Below, piece by piece: positions 20,939 to 30,185 of a stretch of 64,000 nucleotides of DNA (positions are counted from its first letter, which is position 1; each line of letters opens with the position of its first letter). The stretch lies in the NCBI GenBank assembly GCA_963555815.3, contig CAUVWX020000002.1, positions 224,001 to 288,000 on the forward strand, written 5' to 3'. A program made the position numbers and the translations under genes. The notes under the pieces were generated by a model. That model saw nothing but the letters and a program-made list of their open reading frames with translations, searched no databases and had not been told where the DNA came from. Source of the DNA: a bacterium (GTDB lineage Bacteria > UBA8248 > JACPRG01 > G963555815).

Positions 20939-21723
20939 TCCCCCTGTGCGCCGGGACTTGTTGACGGGACGGCTTCTTGGGCCTCCACGAGGCCTTCAAA
21001 TTGGGTAAGCTGAATTTTGTCCAGGTCTGGAAGACGTCGGACCTTCTCCAGGAAGCGCTCGCCTTCTCGATAAGCCATCTCGTTTAGCTCGGGTGCGACC
21101 CGGAAGGCCGCGGTGACTCCGCTCTCAAAGGCTCCTCGGACGAAGGGGGCCATCCACCGGAGGAGGGTGCCAAAGAAGCGGTTCTCAACGTGGAGATAGG
21201 CCCGAAGTCGAACCGTCTGTTCGTTGCCCAGATTTTCGATGGATACGGACTCGAACATCTCAAGGACGTATGAACGCGCCCGGAGTCTGATTCCTAAAAA
21301 ACGGAGGATCGGACGCTCAGATGTCCCTGTCGCCAGGTAGGCCACCCGCTCCGGCTGGCGTTCGGCAACCCAGAAGGTTCCGTGGTCGTGGCCGTAGGTG
21401 ATGTGGTAGCGCTCACCGTCCCTGTCGACCTGGAATTCATCCAGACCCAGCCCCCGGCTGACAGCCGCTGCAAAAGCGGGATGATCCACGAGGAAATGGA
21501 AGACAGCGGGGTCGGCCGGGAAGGTGACCTCACGATCGGTCTCTATCGTGACGTTGTTCAAGACCCCCTCGGCCATCGACCGGTCCTCCGGCCGATAGGC
21601 GTCCAGCGGAAAGATGCCCTCGGTCTGCGTCCCTGCGGGGATCTCGAGGAGGAGAATCGCGGGGACGAGAAGGGCGCTGAGGAGGAATTTGAGCATTAAA
21701 CGCCACCTCTTCTCAGGAGGCAC
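20935..21723 (-). CDS. Hypothetical exported protein
   Basis: Signal-like N-terminus, coherent 262-aa ORF, RBS-like GAGGGGG. Confidence 0.6.
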   Translation of the reverse strand: MPPEKRWRLMLKFLLSALLVPAILLLEIPAGTQTEGIFPLDAYRPEDRSMAEGVLNNVTIETDREVTFPADPAVFHFLVDHPAFAAAVSRGLGLDEFQVDRDGERYHITYGHDHGTFWVAERQPERVAYLATGTSERPILRFLGIRLRARSYVLEMFESVSIENLGNEQTVRLRAYLHVENRFFGTLLRWMAPFVRGAFESGVTAAFRVAPELNEMAYREGERFLEKVRRLPDLDKIQLTQFEGLVEAQEAVPSTSPGAQGD

Positions 21724-21970
21724 TCGACCCCCCTCTGCATAGCGTGTATTACACCTTTGTTATCATATAGATATATATTAATACTTGATTTAATATATAA
21801 TGCCATTCTACCTTTCAGCCGCCGGACCAAATCTTTTATGGTCTTAGCACGTCTGCATCGACAATCTCAACGCCTATGGCGTGGTCGAATCTATGGCTAA
21901 ATTTTGGTATCGTGTCATTCAATGCGACAACCGGGGTGGTTGGACAGGAATTTTAGCGGAGGGAGCCGCG

Positions 21971-22372
21971 ATGAAGCAGATCCTTTTTTTCATTTCTGTT
22001 CTCGCTTTCTTGGCGGGTGTTTTTAGTCTCTCTTGGGCCCAAGAGGCCCCCTCCCCGCTGAAGACGGCGAGCTCGGGCGAGCTGGGCGAAATCCTGACCG
22101 GGCCCAAGGAGATGACGCTCTATATTTTCGCCCTGGACAGAGAGCCGGGCGAAAGTGCGTGCAACGGCGCCTGTGCTCGGAACTGGCCGCCTTTTCAGCC
22201 AGCCTCGGACGCCCCGGCACCCGAGGGGCCCTTGAGCGTCATCACGCGCGAGGACGGGACAGAGCAGTACGCTTATCAGGGCAGGCCCCTTTATTACTGG
22301 TCGAGGGATAAGAAGCCTGGCGATACCAATGGGCACAACCTCGGAGGCGTGTGGGCCGTGGCGACACCCTAG
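21971..22372 (+). CDS. Secreted repeat protein (COG4315, Yx(FWY)xxD)
   Basis: MTLYIFALD, CNGACARNWPP, QYAYQGRPLYYWSRDKKPGD. Confidence 0.85.
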   Translation: MKQILFFISVLAFLAGVFSLSWAQEAPSPLKTASSGELGEILTGPKEMTLYIFALDREPGESACNGACARNWPPFQPASDAPAPEGPLSVITREDGTEQYAYQGRPLYYWSRDKKPGDTNGHNLGGVWAVATP

Positions 22373-22470
22373 GCTGCGCAGTTTCTCCAACGGATGAGAT
22401 CGCCCCACAGTCGGGAAGACAATCTTCATGCGCCGGGAGATCTGAAGAGCGCCCGGCTGATTCGCCAAAC

Positions 22471-22504
22471 AAACGCCCCCGGGGGTTTTTCTCAGGGGGC
22501 GTTT
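22471..22504 (+). terminator. Inverted repeat, probable terminator
   Basis: AAACGCCCCC...GGGGGCGTTT followed by a T-rich tract. Confidence 0.5.
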
Positions 22505-22588
22505 TCTTTGTCGCGAGCATAGCTTCGCCCGCGCGGTGCCGGTATGATGATGCGTCTTCAACTTGCACCCTAAAGGGAGCCAACGGAA

Positions 22589-23044
22589 ATGGAAGGCGTC
22601 GTAGAATGGATATATACCGCTCCGGAAGGCGGCGTGGACATGAAGCAAGTTGACGAGATCGAAGCGGTGGCCCATCGCGGACTCCAGGGCGACCGTTATT
22701 CCAAGAGCGCCGGCTACTGGTCTGGCAGGGACGAGTGCGAGGTGACCCTGATAGAGGCCGAGGGTCTCGAGGAAATCCAGCGGACAACGGGCCTCCATGT
22801 CGGCAACGGTGAGCATCGGCGAAACCTGATCACCCGGGGCCTCAGGCTGGAGAGTTTGGCAGGAAGGCAGTTTCGGGTGGGCGAAGCGGTTTTGGAATAT
22901 GACAGGCTCCGGCCGCCGTGCGCCTATATTCAATCCATCACTGAACCGGGCATGACGAGGGCGCTCTTTGGCCGCAGCGGGATTTGCGCGAGGGTTGTCC
23001 AATCGGGCGTGATCCGCGCAAAGGATGCCATTGTGATCCTTTAA
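22589..23044 (+). CDS. MOSC domain protein
   Basis: GLQGDRY, VTLIE, RRNLITRG, PPCAY (conserved Cys), GICARV. Confidence 0.9.
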   Translation: MEGVVEWIYTAPEGGVDMKQVDEIEAVAHRGLQGDRYSKSAGYWSGRDECEVTLIEAEGLEEIQRTTGLHVGNGEHRRNLITRGLRLESLAGRQFRVGEAVLEYDRLRPPCAYIQSITEPGMTRALFGRSGICARVVQSGVIRAKDAIVIL

Positions 23045-23086
23045 TGTCCGAGGGCTGGAAATGCCGGCGAATACAAGGAGAGAACG

Positions 23087-23518
23087 ATGGTGAATATAGC
23101 GAGCAGGATGTGGGATCAGATAGGACTCAATCTTCTGCGCATCATGACAGGGTTTCTGATCGCCCCGCATGGCGCCCAAAAGCTTTTCGGCGTTCTGGGT
23201 GAGGAAGCGGTTGAGTTCCCTTCTCTCCAAGCACTGGCGGGGGGCCTGGAGTTATTCGGAGGCCTCGCGATCTTGTTGGGGTTCTACACGCGCTCAGCGG
23301 CGTTTCTGTTGGCGGGGGAGCTGGCCACGGCTTACTGGATGGTTCATGGCCCCAGAGCGTTTCTGCCAATCGTCAACCGTGGAGAGCTGGCTGTCCTGTT
23401 TTGTTTCGCCTTCTTTTTCTTGTTTACGAACGGAGGCGGCAATTTCTCGATTGACGGGTGGCTGCGATGGAGACGGAAGGGGCGGGTGAGCTGGAGAGAA
23501 AGGGACGTAGTGGCGTAG
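23087..23518 (+). CDS. DoxX-family membrane protein
   Basis: LLRIMTG, HGAQKLFG, ELFGG, NRGELAVLF, GNFSID. Confidence 0.9.
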   Translation: MVNIASRMWDQIGLNLLRIMTGFLIAPHGAQKLFGVLGEEAVEFPSLQALAGGLELFGGLAILLGFYTRSAAFLLAGELATAYWMVHGPRAFLPIVNRGELAVLFCFAFFFLFTNGGGNFSIDGWLRWRRKGRVSWRERDVVA

Positions 23519-23643
23519 CTTTTCAGGTTCCAGCACCCTGCGGGGAGGTCTACATGGAGCCATGCCCTAGCCAAAAGGGGGATCAGGGCAAAGACGAGCC
23601 GAGGGCCTGCAGCTGTTAATCCCATCAAAGGGAGAGGGCAACC

Positions 23644-23835
23644 ATGGTGGCTTTTCTGATAGGCCTTGTAGAGGCGGCGAGCGTGATCGGAGTCATCAGC
23701 GTCATTCTGGGGATTATCGCAAAATTCACTGGCGGCATTCTGTGGACAGTGACCGCTCGGGCCTACTTGCGTTTTGCACGAACCAGCTTTCTGGGGGCAA
23801 TCGCGGTGGGCGTGCTGGCGGCGCTCCTCACTTAA
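23644..23835 (+). CDS. Small two-TM membrane protein
   Basis: RBS GGAGAGG; 63-aa hydrophobic ORF. Confidence 0.55.
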   Translation: MVAFLIGLVEAASVIGVISVILGIIAKFTGGILWTVTARAYLRFARTSFLGAIAVGVLAALLT

Positions 23836-23918
23836 GCTGCACTCCCAGCTGTTGGATCCTGTGTGAACACCCGGGTCATTGACGCCGGAGTCGGCGTCAG
23901 CTAAGTATCTACATCTGT

Positions 23919-23995
23919 GCCCCCGTAGCTCAGCGGGACAGAGCGAGGGATTCCTAATCCCTAGGCCGCGCGTTCGAGTCGCGCCGGGGGCACCA
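23919..23995 (+). tRNA. tRNA-Arg(CCT)
   Basis: Acceptor GCCCCCG/CGGGGGC, anticodon arm AGGGA-TTCCTAA-TCCCT, GTTCGA T-loop, encoded CCA. Confidence 0.96.
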
Positions 23996-24113
23996 TTAAA
24001 CGATCCGTCTTGCCTTTTCTCTAAGCACATATTAAAAGTGCCAGGGAGGAATGGAGGAGTTCTCCGCCAGATTTTGGCTGAACTCCAAGCCCTTCATTAA
24101 GGAGGAAACCTCC

Positions 24114-25091
24114 ATGAGGCGTTTTTGGAAAATGGGGGTCTTGGCAGTTTTTCTGAGCGCCTTTGCGACTGTCGCCGGGGCCGAGCAAGAGGTCTGGGTC
24201 ACCAACATGAGATCCGGCGACGTCACGGTCTTCGACGGCCGGACCCTCAAAACCCTTTCCACCGTCCCAGCGGGCGATGGCGCCCGCCACGTCTCCTTCA
24301 GCAGGGATGGCAGGTTCGCCCTTGTCGCCAACGTCGGGGCCGACAACGTGAGCCTCATCGACGCCAGGGCGATAAAAAAGATGGACGACATCCCGGCGGG
24401 CCCAAAAGCCCATCACGCCCTCTTTTTGCCCGACGGAAGGACGGCTTACGCCTCGAACATGGGGGCAAACAGCGTCACCGTGATTGACCTCGTCTCCCGA
24501 AAGCCCCTTAAAACCCTGGTCACGGGAGAGGGGGCCACGATGACCGCGTTGCTCAAGGGAGACAAGATGGCCTATGTGCTCAATGCCGAGGCTGGGAACA
24601 TTGCGCTCGTGGACCTGAAGAACCACAGCGTCGTGAAGATTTTTAGGGGAGGGAAGGGCGCCGAGGTTATCAGGTTCTCGCCCGACAGGAAGACGGCCTG
24701 GATCAGCGCGGGTGAAGAGGATGTCGTCATCGCCATTGACACGGAGACTCATGAGGAGATCGCGCGCGTGCCTCTCCCGGGGAATCCTCACGGAATCATC
24801 TTGAGCCCGGATGGAAAGCGGGTCTACGTGGCAGTTCGGCAAAGAAACGAGATCGTTGTCCTAGACACCAAAAGCAAGAAGGTCATCAAGAGGGCCTCGG
24901 TGGGGATGCGGCCGGACATGGTGGTGAGATCCGACAGCGGGAGGACGCTCTATGTCACGAGCCGCAGCGAGAACAAACTCCTCGCCGTAGACACCGCTAC
25001 CCTTGAGGTCATCGCCCAAGCCGACACGGGCGACGAGCCCCACGGGATCGCCATTCGCCCTGAAGGCGGCAGAAATCCTTGCGGGTTTTAA
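24114..25091 (+). CDS. Exported YVTN/YncE-family beta-propeller protein
   Basis: RBS AAGGAGG; signal peptide; repeated blades (WVTN, AYASN, VYVA, LYVT) with PHGI motifs. Confidence 0.88.
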   Translation: MRRFWKMGVLAVFLSAFATVAGAEQEVWVTNMRSGDVTVFDGRTLKTLSTVPAGDGARHVSFSRDGRFALVANVGADNVSLIDARAIKKMDDIPAGPKAHHALFLPDGRTAYASNMGANSVTVIDLVSRKPLKTLVTGEGATMTALLKGDKMAYVLNAEAGNIALVDLKNHSVVKIFRGGKGAEVIRFSPDRKTAWISAGEEDVVIAIDTETHEEIARVPLPGNPHGIILSPDGKRVYVAVRQRNEIVVLDTKSKKVIKRASVGMRPDMVVRSDSGRTLYVTSRSENKLLAVDTATLEVIAQADTGDEPHGIAIRPEGGRNPCGF

Positions 25092-25158
25092 TTTAAGTCA
25101 ATTCTTTCGGACGCTGGCAGGTGTAATCTTTTTTCCCACTTCAAGGAAATCCTAAACC

Positions 25159-26154
25159 ATGACGCTTCAGATCGCCCTCGGCCTTCCGATGGGCCTTCTT
25201 TTTGGAATCGTCTTGCAGCGGGGGCGTTTCTGCATGAACACCGCCTTCCGGGAGGTGATGGTCTCCCGAGACGTCGCTCTCTTTCAGGCGTATCTGGTGG
25301 CGGTGGTCGTGCAATCCGTGCTCATTCAGCTGGGCGCCTCTCTGGGGCTGCTTGAGATGTCGCTGATTCCCTTCTACTGGCGGGCGGCGGTGGTTGGGGG
25401 GCTGATCTTCGGCATGGGGATGACCCTGGCTGGGGGCTGCACCACAGGGACGTGGTACCGCGTCGGAGAGGGGATGATCGGCTCATTCGTGGCGCTGGTG
25501 GGTTTTGGCCTTTCGGCCTCGGCGACGCGCTGGGGGCTTCTCAGACCATTGGGGTTGGCGGTCCGGGGGTCGACGCCTCTGGAGATCGGAGGCGAGGTTC
25601 CCACCCTGGCGAACCTCCTCAACGTGAACCCCTGGGTAATCATCGGATTGGTGGCGGCAGGCGTGGCCGTGTGGGTGCTCAGAAGGCCGGGAAAACCCTC
25701 CCTTTTTGGCTGGAGCTGGGGGAAGACCGGCCTCCTGATCGGCCTGCTGGCGGCGGCGGCCTGGTACATCTCAGGCCTCACTGGGCGCCACTATGGGTTC
25801 TCCATCACGGGCCCGACAGCCAACATGGTGAATTTCGCCATCGCCCGGGAGCCTGTATCGCTGAGCTGGGCGGTCTTTGTGGTCCTGGCCATTCCCTTCG
25901 GGGCGTTCGCGGCGGCGAAATGGAGCGGCGAGTTTGCTTGGCGCGCACCGTCGCCCAAAAAATTTCCCCAACAGTTCGTGGGCGGGATCCTAATGGGCTT
26001 TGGCGCGGTGACTGCGGGGGGTTGCAACATTGGCCACGGCCTGACAGGGCTCTCAGCCTTCGCGGTGAGCAGCCTGGTGGCCACCGTCTTCACCATCCTC
26101 GGCGTGTGGACGGGCACCTACGTGTTTTTCGTGCGAAGGGCTCGAGGGACGTGA
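25159..26154 (+). CDS. YeeE/YedE (TsuA-like) sulfur-compound transporter
   Basis: Conserved Cys motifs GRFCM, GGCTTG, GGCNIGHG. Confidence 0.92.
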   Translation: MTLQIALGLPMGLLFGIVLQRGRFCMNTAFREVMVSRDVALFQAYLVAVVVQSVLIQLGASLGLLEMSLIPFYWRAAVVGGLIFGMGMTLAGGCTTGTWYRVGEGMIGSFVALVGFGLSASATRWGLLRPLGLAVRGSTPLEIGGEVPTLANLLNVNPWVIIGLVAAGVAVWVLRRPGKPSLFGWSWGKTGLLIGLLAAAAWYISGLTGRHYGFSITGPTANMVNFAIAREPVSLSWAVFVVLAIPFGAFAAAKWSGEFAWRAPSPKKFPQQFVGGILMGFGAVTAGGCNIGHGLTGLSAFAVSSLVATVFTILGVWTGTYVFFVRRARGT

Positions 26155-26375
26155 CGGAGCGCACGCTGGCCCTGCACGGGGTCATCTGCCCTGACCCCCT
26201 CCTTCAGGTTCAGTCGGCCATGCGGGCCCTGGCGAAGGGAGACCGGCTAGTCGTCCTCCTGGATTATCCGCTCTCTGTGGACACCATTAGTCGCTGGGCT
26301 CAGGGCAACGGGCATGAAACCGAGTTGGAAAAGACGGGTTCGAGCGAGTGGCGACTGGTGTTGATTAGAGGCTAA
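26151..26375 (+). CDS. TusA-family sulfurtransferase (YeeD/TsuB-like)
   Basis: GTG overlapping the yeeE stop; GVICPDP motif; 74 aa. Confidence 0.88.
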   Translation: MTERTLALHGVICPDPLLQVQSAMRALAKGDRLVVLLDYPLSVDTISRWAQGNGHETELEKTGSSEWRLVLIRG

Positions 26376-26568
26376 AAGGCTTTAATTTCAAAGTATTACA
26401 TGCCAATATCTAATGTACTATAATAGGATTTACGGCCCTCGATCTTACCGATGGCTTTTCGACGGCCTTCTCATCATGAATTTGAAATGTCAGACAACTC
26501 TCCGGCGTGGAGAAACAGTCTCCCTTTGGACCTTGAAGGTTTTAGGCCCTAAAACTAACAGCCCTGAC

Positions 26569-26841
26569 TTAGGCCAGGGCCTCCTTGAGCTTGCCCGCGG
26601 GCGAGAATTTCGGGACGTTTCGGGCTGAGATCTGGACGGGCTCCCCAGTCCTCGGGTTTCTCCCCACTTTTGCCTTTCGATGGCTGACTGAAAAGCTCCC
26701 GAATCCCGACAGGACCACCCTGTCGCCCCGCGTCAGGCCTGTGAGGATAGCCTCAAGGACTCCATCAATCGCCTTCTCGGCCCGGTCCTTTGGGATGTCC
26801 GCGTAGCTTGCGACGGCCTCGACGATGTCCCCTTTGTTCAC
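26569..26841 (-). CDS. hup: DNA-binding protein HU
   Basis: NKGDIV, GFGSF, GRNPRTG, PKFSPAGKLK. Confidence 0.93.
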   Translation of the reverse strand: MNKGDIVEAVASYADIPKDRAEKAIDGVLEAILTGLTRGDRVVLSGFGSFSVSHRKAKVGRNPRTGEPVQISARNVPKFSPAGKLKEALA

Positions 26842-27084
26842 GTTCTCTCCTCCCATTCTGGGCCACAATATCTTGTGGCTTTACCCAATTCTCGTTCAAT
26901 ATGTGGTATTTTGGGGGAGTTTGTCAACCATTTTCTGGGCCGCTGGGGGGGGTCTCATTTTTGGGGAGAAATGAAGGGTTTTTGAAAATCCCGCTGAAAG
27001 AGCTGAGAAGTGTGTGGGAATCTCCCGAAAATCGCCAGATTCCTTTAGTCCACAGTCCCTGACCCTGTCGTGTGCTCCTTTTTT

Positions 27085-27765
27085 TCATCTCTCTCCACCC
27101 TCCAATAGGAGGCTTTCTCGGATGAGGCGCTCTGCCTCTCGGAGGTCTTCTTTCACCCGGGCGACGGCCATTTCAGGGGTGAAGTGGGCGCGTCTTTTCT
27201 CAAAGGCCCTGGGGTAGAGGCCTCGCGCGATCTCCTCCGGGCCGTCGCCGGCGCCAGCGCGATCCCAGACCTCTAAATACCTTTCGAAGATCTTCAATTC
27301 TTCGTGCTCTTCCTCTCCAGGGGCTTCGGCCAGGGTTGGCTGGTGTTCGCGGTGCCTCCCGAGGAGATCTTCCAGGAAGAGGGAAAGGAGCGGGACGAGA
27401 TAGCTCAGGGGAGCCCTGAGGTCCACCTCCAGAGTGACCCGGTAGGGGTTTTCTTCCCCCTCGGAGATTTTGAAGGCGGGAAACCCTGAGATCTCGGGGT
27501 GGTCGCTGTAGGGATACATAATGGGAAGGTGAATCCCCTCGGCGCCCTGAGTGGGATCGGGAAGGGCCCCCAGACGGTATTTCGCCATGAGTCGGAAGGT
27601 TTCGTCCCGCACCGGCTGGGCCTCGGAAGTTCCGTGGGTCTCAAGGAGTTGGTGGTAGTGGGCATAGTCCTGGCGGTAGTCCTCATTTCGCCTGAGAAAC
27701 TCCCAGCGAAGGTCGAGCAGTTCCCGCAGTTGCAGGAGGAACTCTTTCTTGATAGTGCGAGGCAT
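27085..27765 (-). CDS. Putative transcriptional regulator, DUF6499/DUF2285-like
   Basis: WEFLRRNEDYRQDY motif; C-terminal HTH-like LEVWDRAGAGDGPEEIARGLY. Confidence 0.6.
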   Translation of the reverse strand: MPRTIKKEFLLQLRELLDLRWEFLRRNEDYRQDYAHYHQLLETHGTSEAQPVRDETFRLMAKYRLGALPDPTQGAEGIHLPIMYPYSDHPEISGFPAFKISEGEENPYRVTLEVDLRAPLSYLVPLLSLFLEDLLGRHREHQPTLAEAPGEEEHEELKIFERYLEVWDRAGAGDGPEEIARGLYPRAFEKRRAHFTPEMAVARVKEDLREAERLIRESLLLEGGER

Positions 27766-28135
27766 GATTTAATCTCAGTTCCACAGGGCGTGAAGAGAAT
27801 CCATAGGGTATGAATTCTACCGCATGCTCTTTTTTATCGCATGCTGGGTTGGTTTTTTTCTCGAGTCCCTTCGGCGGATCTGGATTCCGAAGGCTTTTTG
27901 GAACGCTTCGCGGTTCTTTGCAGGTTGCCCAGATTGGCCCTTTTGAAGGAGCTGAGGGGTGAAAGATTTAAAAAACCAAGAAAAGCCTTTCAAAATTGAT
28001 GGGATTTGATTAAATTAGTGGGATAGATTCTCTTCGCGCAAAAGGAGCCCAGGGAACCACCATTGCTGGGCTGAAATAACCAAGAGGACTCAGTTCCTGT
28101 CTGGATTGTGTTTCTGAAAAACAAGGAGGTCCCTT

Positions 28136-29188
28136 TTGGCTGGGGTTACGAAGCAGAAGAAGGCGACCGCTCGTCCAAAGGGGGGCGCGGCGAAAAGTAC
28201 GAAGAACGAGATCCCGCTTCCGGCGAAAGAGCTCCGTAAGCTCCTCCGGAAGATGCAACTTCTCCGCGCATTTGAGGAGGCGACGAGGGCCAAATACCTG
28301 GAAGGGAAGGTGTACGGCTTTTGCCACCTCTATCTGGGGCAGGAGGCTACTGCGGTCGGCTCCATTTCCATCCTTAGGCCTGATGATTATGTCATTTCCA
28401 GCTATCGTGACCACGGACACTGTCTTTCGGTGGGAACGGACTCGGGCCGCATCATGGCGGAGCTCTTCGGCCGTGAGACGGGCGTCTCCAAGGGACGGGG
28501 CGGCTCCATGCACCTCTTCGACGCCGAGCGGAACTTCCTCGGGGGGGATGCCATCGTGGCCGGTCAAATCCCCCTCGCCGTCGGTGTTTCCGTGGCCCTG
28601 AAGCAATTGGGAAAAGGGCAGGTCATCCTTTGCTTTTTTGGGGATGGCGCATTGAACGAAGGTGGCTTCCATGAGTCCATGAACTTGGCCTCCCTGTGGA
28701 AGCTTCCTATTATCTTTATTTGCGAGAACAACATCTACGGGATGGGGACCTCCATCGAACGGGCCTCGGCCGTCACCCAGGCCACCAGGCGGGCCGATGC
28801 TTATGACATGGCGACGGACCGGATCGACGGGATGGACGTCCTGGCCGTCCGGATGGCCACCGAGAAAGCGCTCCGGAGGGCCCGCGAGGAGAACCTGCCG
28901 ACCTTCTTGGAGATGATCTGCTACCGGTTCGTCGGTCACTCCATGATGGATCCGGCCAAGTACCGGACTCGGGATGAAATCGAAGAATGGGTCCGCAGGG
29001 ACCCCATCGAGCAGCTCAAGGCAAGGATGACGGGGTGGAGCCTGCTGACAAAGGCCGATTGGGAGGCCATGGTCAAGGACGTGGAACGAGAGGTGGCTGA
29101 AGCCGTCGCCTTCGCCGAGACCTCTCCCGAGCCTCAGATCGCCACCCTGGAAGACTGGGTATACTCCGACCCGGGAAAGGGGGTCTGA
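28136..29188 (+). CDS. pdhA: Pyruvate dehydrogenase E1 alpha subunit
   Basis: GFCHLYLGQEA, YRDHGH, GRGGSMH, GDGA...ENN TPP motif, YRFVGHSMMD. Confidence 0.95.
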   Translation: MAGVTKQKKATARPKGGAAKSTKNEIPLPAKELRKLLRKMQLLRAFEEATRAKYLEGKVYGFCHLYLGQEATAVGSISILRPDDYVISSYRDHGHCLSVGTDSGRIMAELFGRETGVSKGRGGSMHLFDAERNFLGGDAIVAGQIPLAVGVSVALKQLGKGQVILCFFGDGALNEGGFHESMNLASLWKLPIIFICENNIYGMGTSIERASAVTQATRRADAYDMATDRIDGMDVLAVRMATEKALRRAREENLPTFLEMICYRFVGHSMMDPAKYRTRDEIEEWVRRDPIEQLKARMTGWSLLTKADWEAMVKDVEREVAEAVAFAETSPEPQIATLEDWVYSDPGKGV

Positions 29189-30168
29189 TGGAGATCACCA
29201 CTCGCGAGGCCTTGAATCAGGCTCTTCGGGAAGAGATGCAGCGGGACGAGCGCGTCTTCATAGTCGGAGAAGATGTGGCGGAGTACGACGGGGCCTACAA
29301 GGTGAGCCGAGGTCTCCTGAAGGAATTCGGGCCGGGCCGGGTGATGGACACTCCCATCTCCGAAGAGGTTATCGCGGGTGTGGGGGTCGGGTCCGCTTTG
29401 GTGGGCTTTCGGCCGGTCGTCGAGTTCATGACAGTAAATTTCTCCCTTCTGGCCATGGATCAGATCATCAACCATGCGGCCAAGTGGCGCTATATGTCGG
29501 GAGGCCAGTTCAAGGTCCCGGTCGTGTTTCGGATGCCGGGGGGGGCGGGCCTCAGCCTAGGAGCGCAGCATTCCCACAGTCTCGAGGCCATCTTCACGCA
29601 CATCCCAGGCCTCAAAGTGGTCGCCCCAGGCTCCCCGCGGGATGCCAAGGGGCTTCTCAAGTCGGCCATCCGGGACGATGACCCGGTCATCTTTCTGGAA
29701 AACGAGATGCTCTACAATCTCAAGGGGGAAGTCCCGGAAGGAGAATACCTCATCCCCTTGGGCTTAGCTGAGGTGAAGCGGGAAGGCAGTGATGTGACCC
29801 TCATCGCCTACCGGCGGATGCTCCAGATGGCCCTGATGGCGGCCGACCTCCTTGCAAAGGAGGGGATCGAGGCAGAGGTCGTGGACCCGAGGACGCTGCG
29901 TCCCCTCGACCTGGAGACACTGGTGAAGTCCGTTCGCAAGACGGGCCGGGCGGTGGTCGTCCACGAGGGATGGGCCCGATGTGGCGTTGGGGGCGACATC
30001 GCCAACCTTCTCTACGGGGCTGCCTTCGATCACCTGGACGCCCCGATCCAAGTGGTCTCCGCGGTGGAGGTCCCAATGCCCTACAACCAGGCCCTGGAGC
30101 AAGCGGCCATCCCCTCGCCGGAGAAAGTGGCTGCTGCGGCAAGGGCCGTTCTCTCTATGGCCTCCTAG
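29188..30168 (+). CDS. pdhB: Pyruvate dehydrogenase E1 beta subunit
   Basis: GEDV, DTPISE, EFMTVNF, AQHS, RTLRPLD. Confidence 0.95.
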   Translation: MEITTREALNQALREEMQRDERVFIVGEDVAEYDGAYKVSRGLLKEFGPGRVMDTPISEEVIAGVGVGSALVGFRPVVEFMTVNFSLLAMDQIINHAAKWRYMSGGQFKVPVVFRMPGGAGLSLGAQHSHSLEAIFTHIPGLKVVAPGSPRDAKGLLKSAIRDDDPVIFLENEMLYNLKGEVPEGEYLIPLGLAEVKREGSDVTLIAYRRMLQMALMAADLLAKEGIEAEVVDPRTLRPLDLETLVKSVRKTGRAVVVHEGWARCGVGGDIANLLYGAAFDHLDAPIQVVSAVEVPMPYNQALEQAAIPSPEKVAAAARAVLSMAS

Positions 30169-30185
30169 TCTTTTAGCGAAAAGGC

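Noticed and set aside
22540..22555. sigma54 promoter before the MOSC gene
   Set aside because: GG-to-GC spacing is 9 nt rather than the required 10.
21953..23230. 425-aa minus-strand ORF
   Set aside because: Antisense shadow of three recognisable plus-strand genes; no motifs.
25452..26150. Long N-terminal extension of the TusA ORF
   Set aside because: Overlaps yeeE out of frame; the TusA domain begins at GTG 26151.
23919..26560. Integrative element inserted at tRNA-Arg
   Set aside because: No integrase and no duplicated tRNA 3' end were seen in the window.
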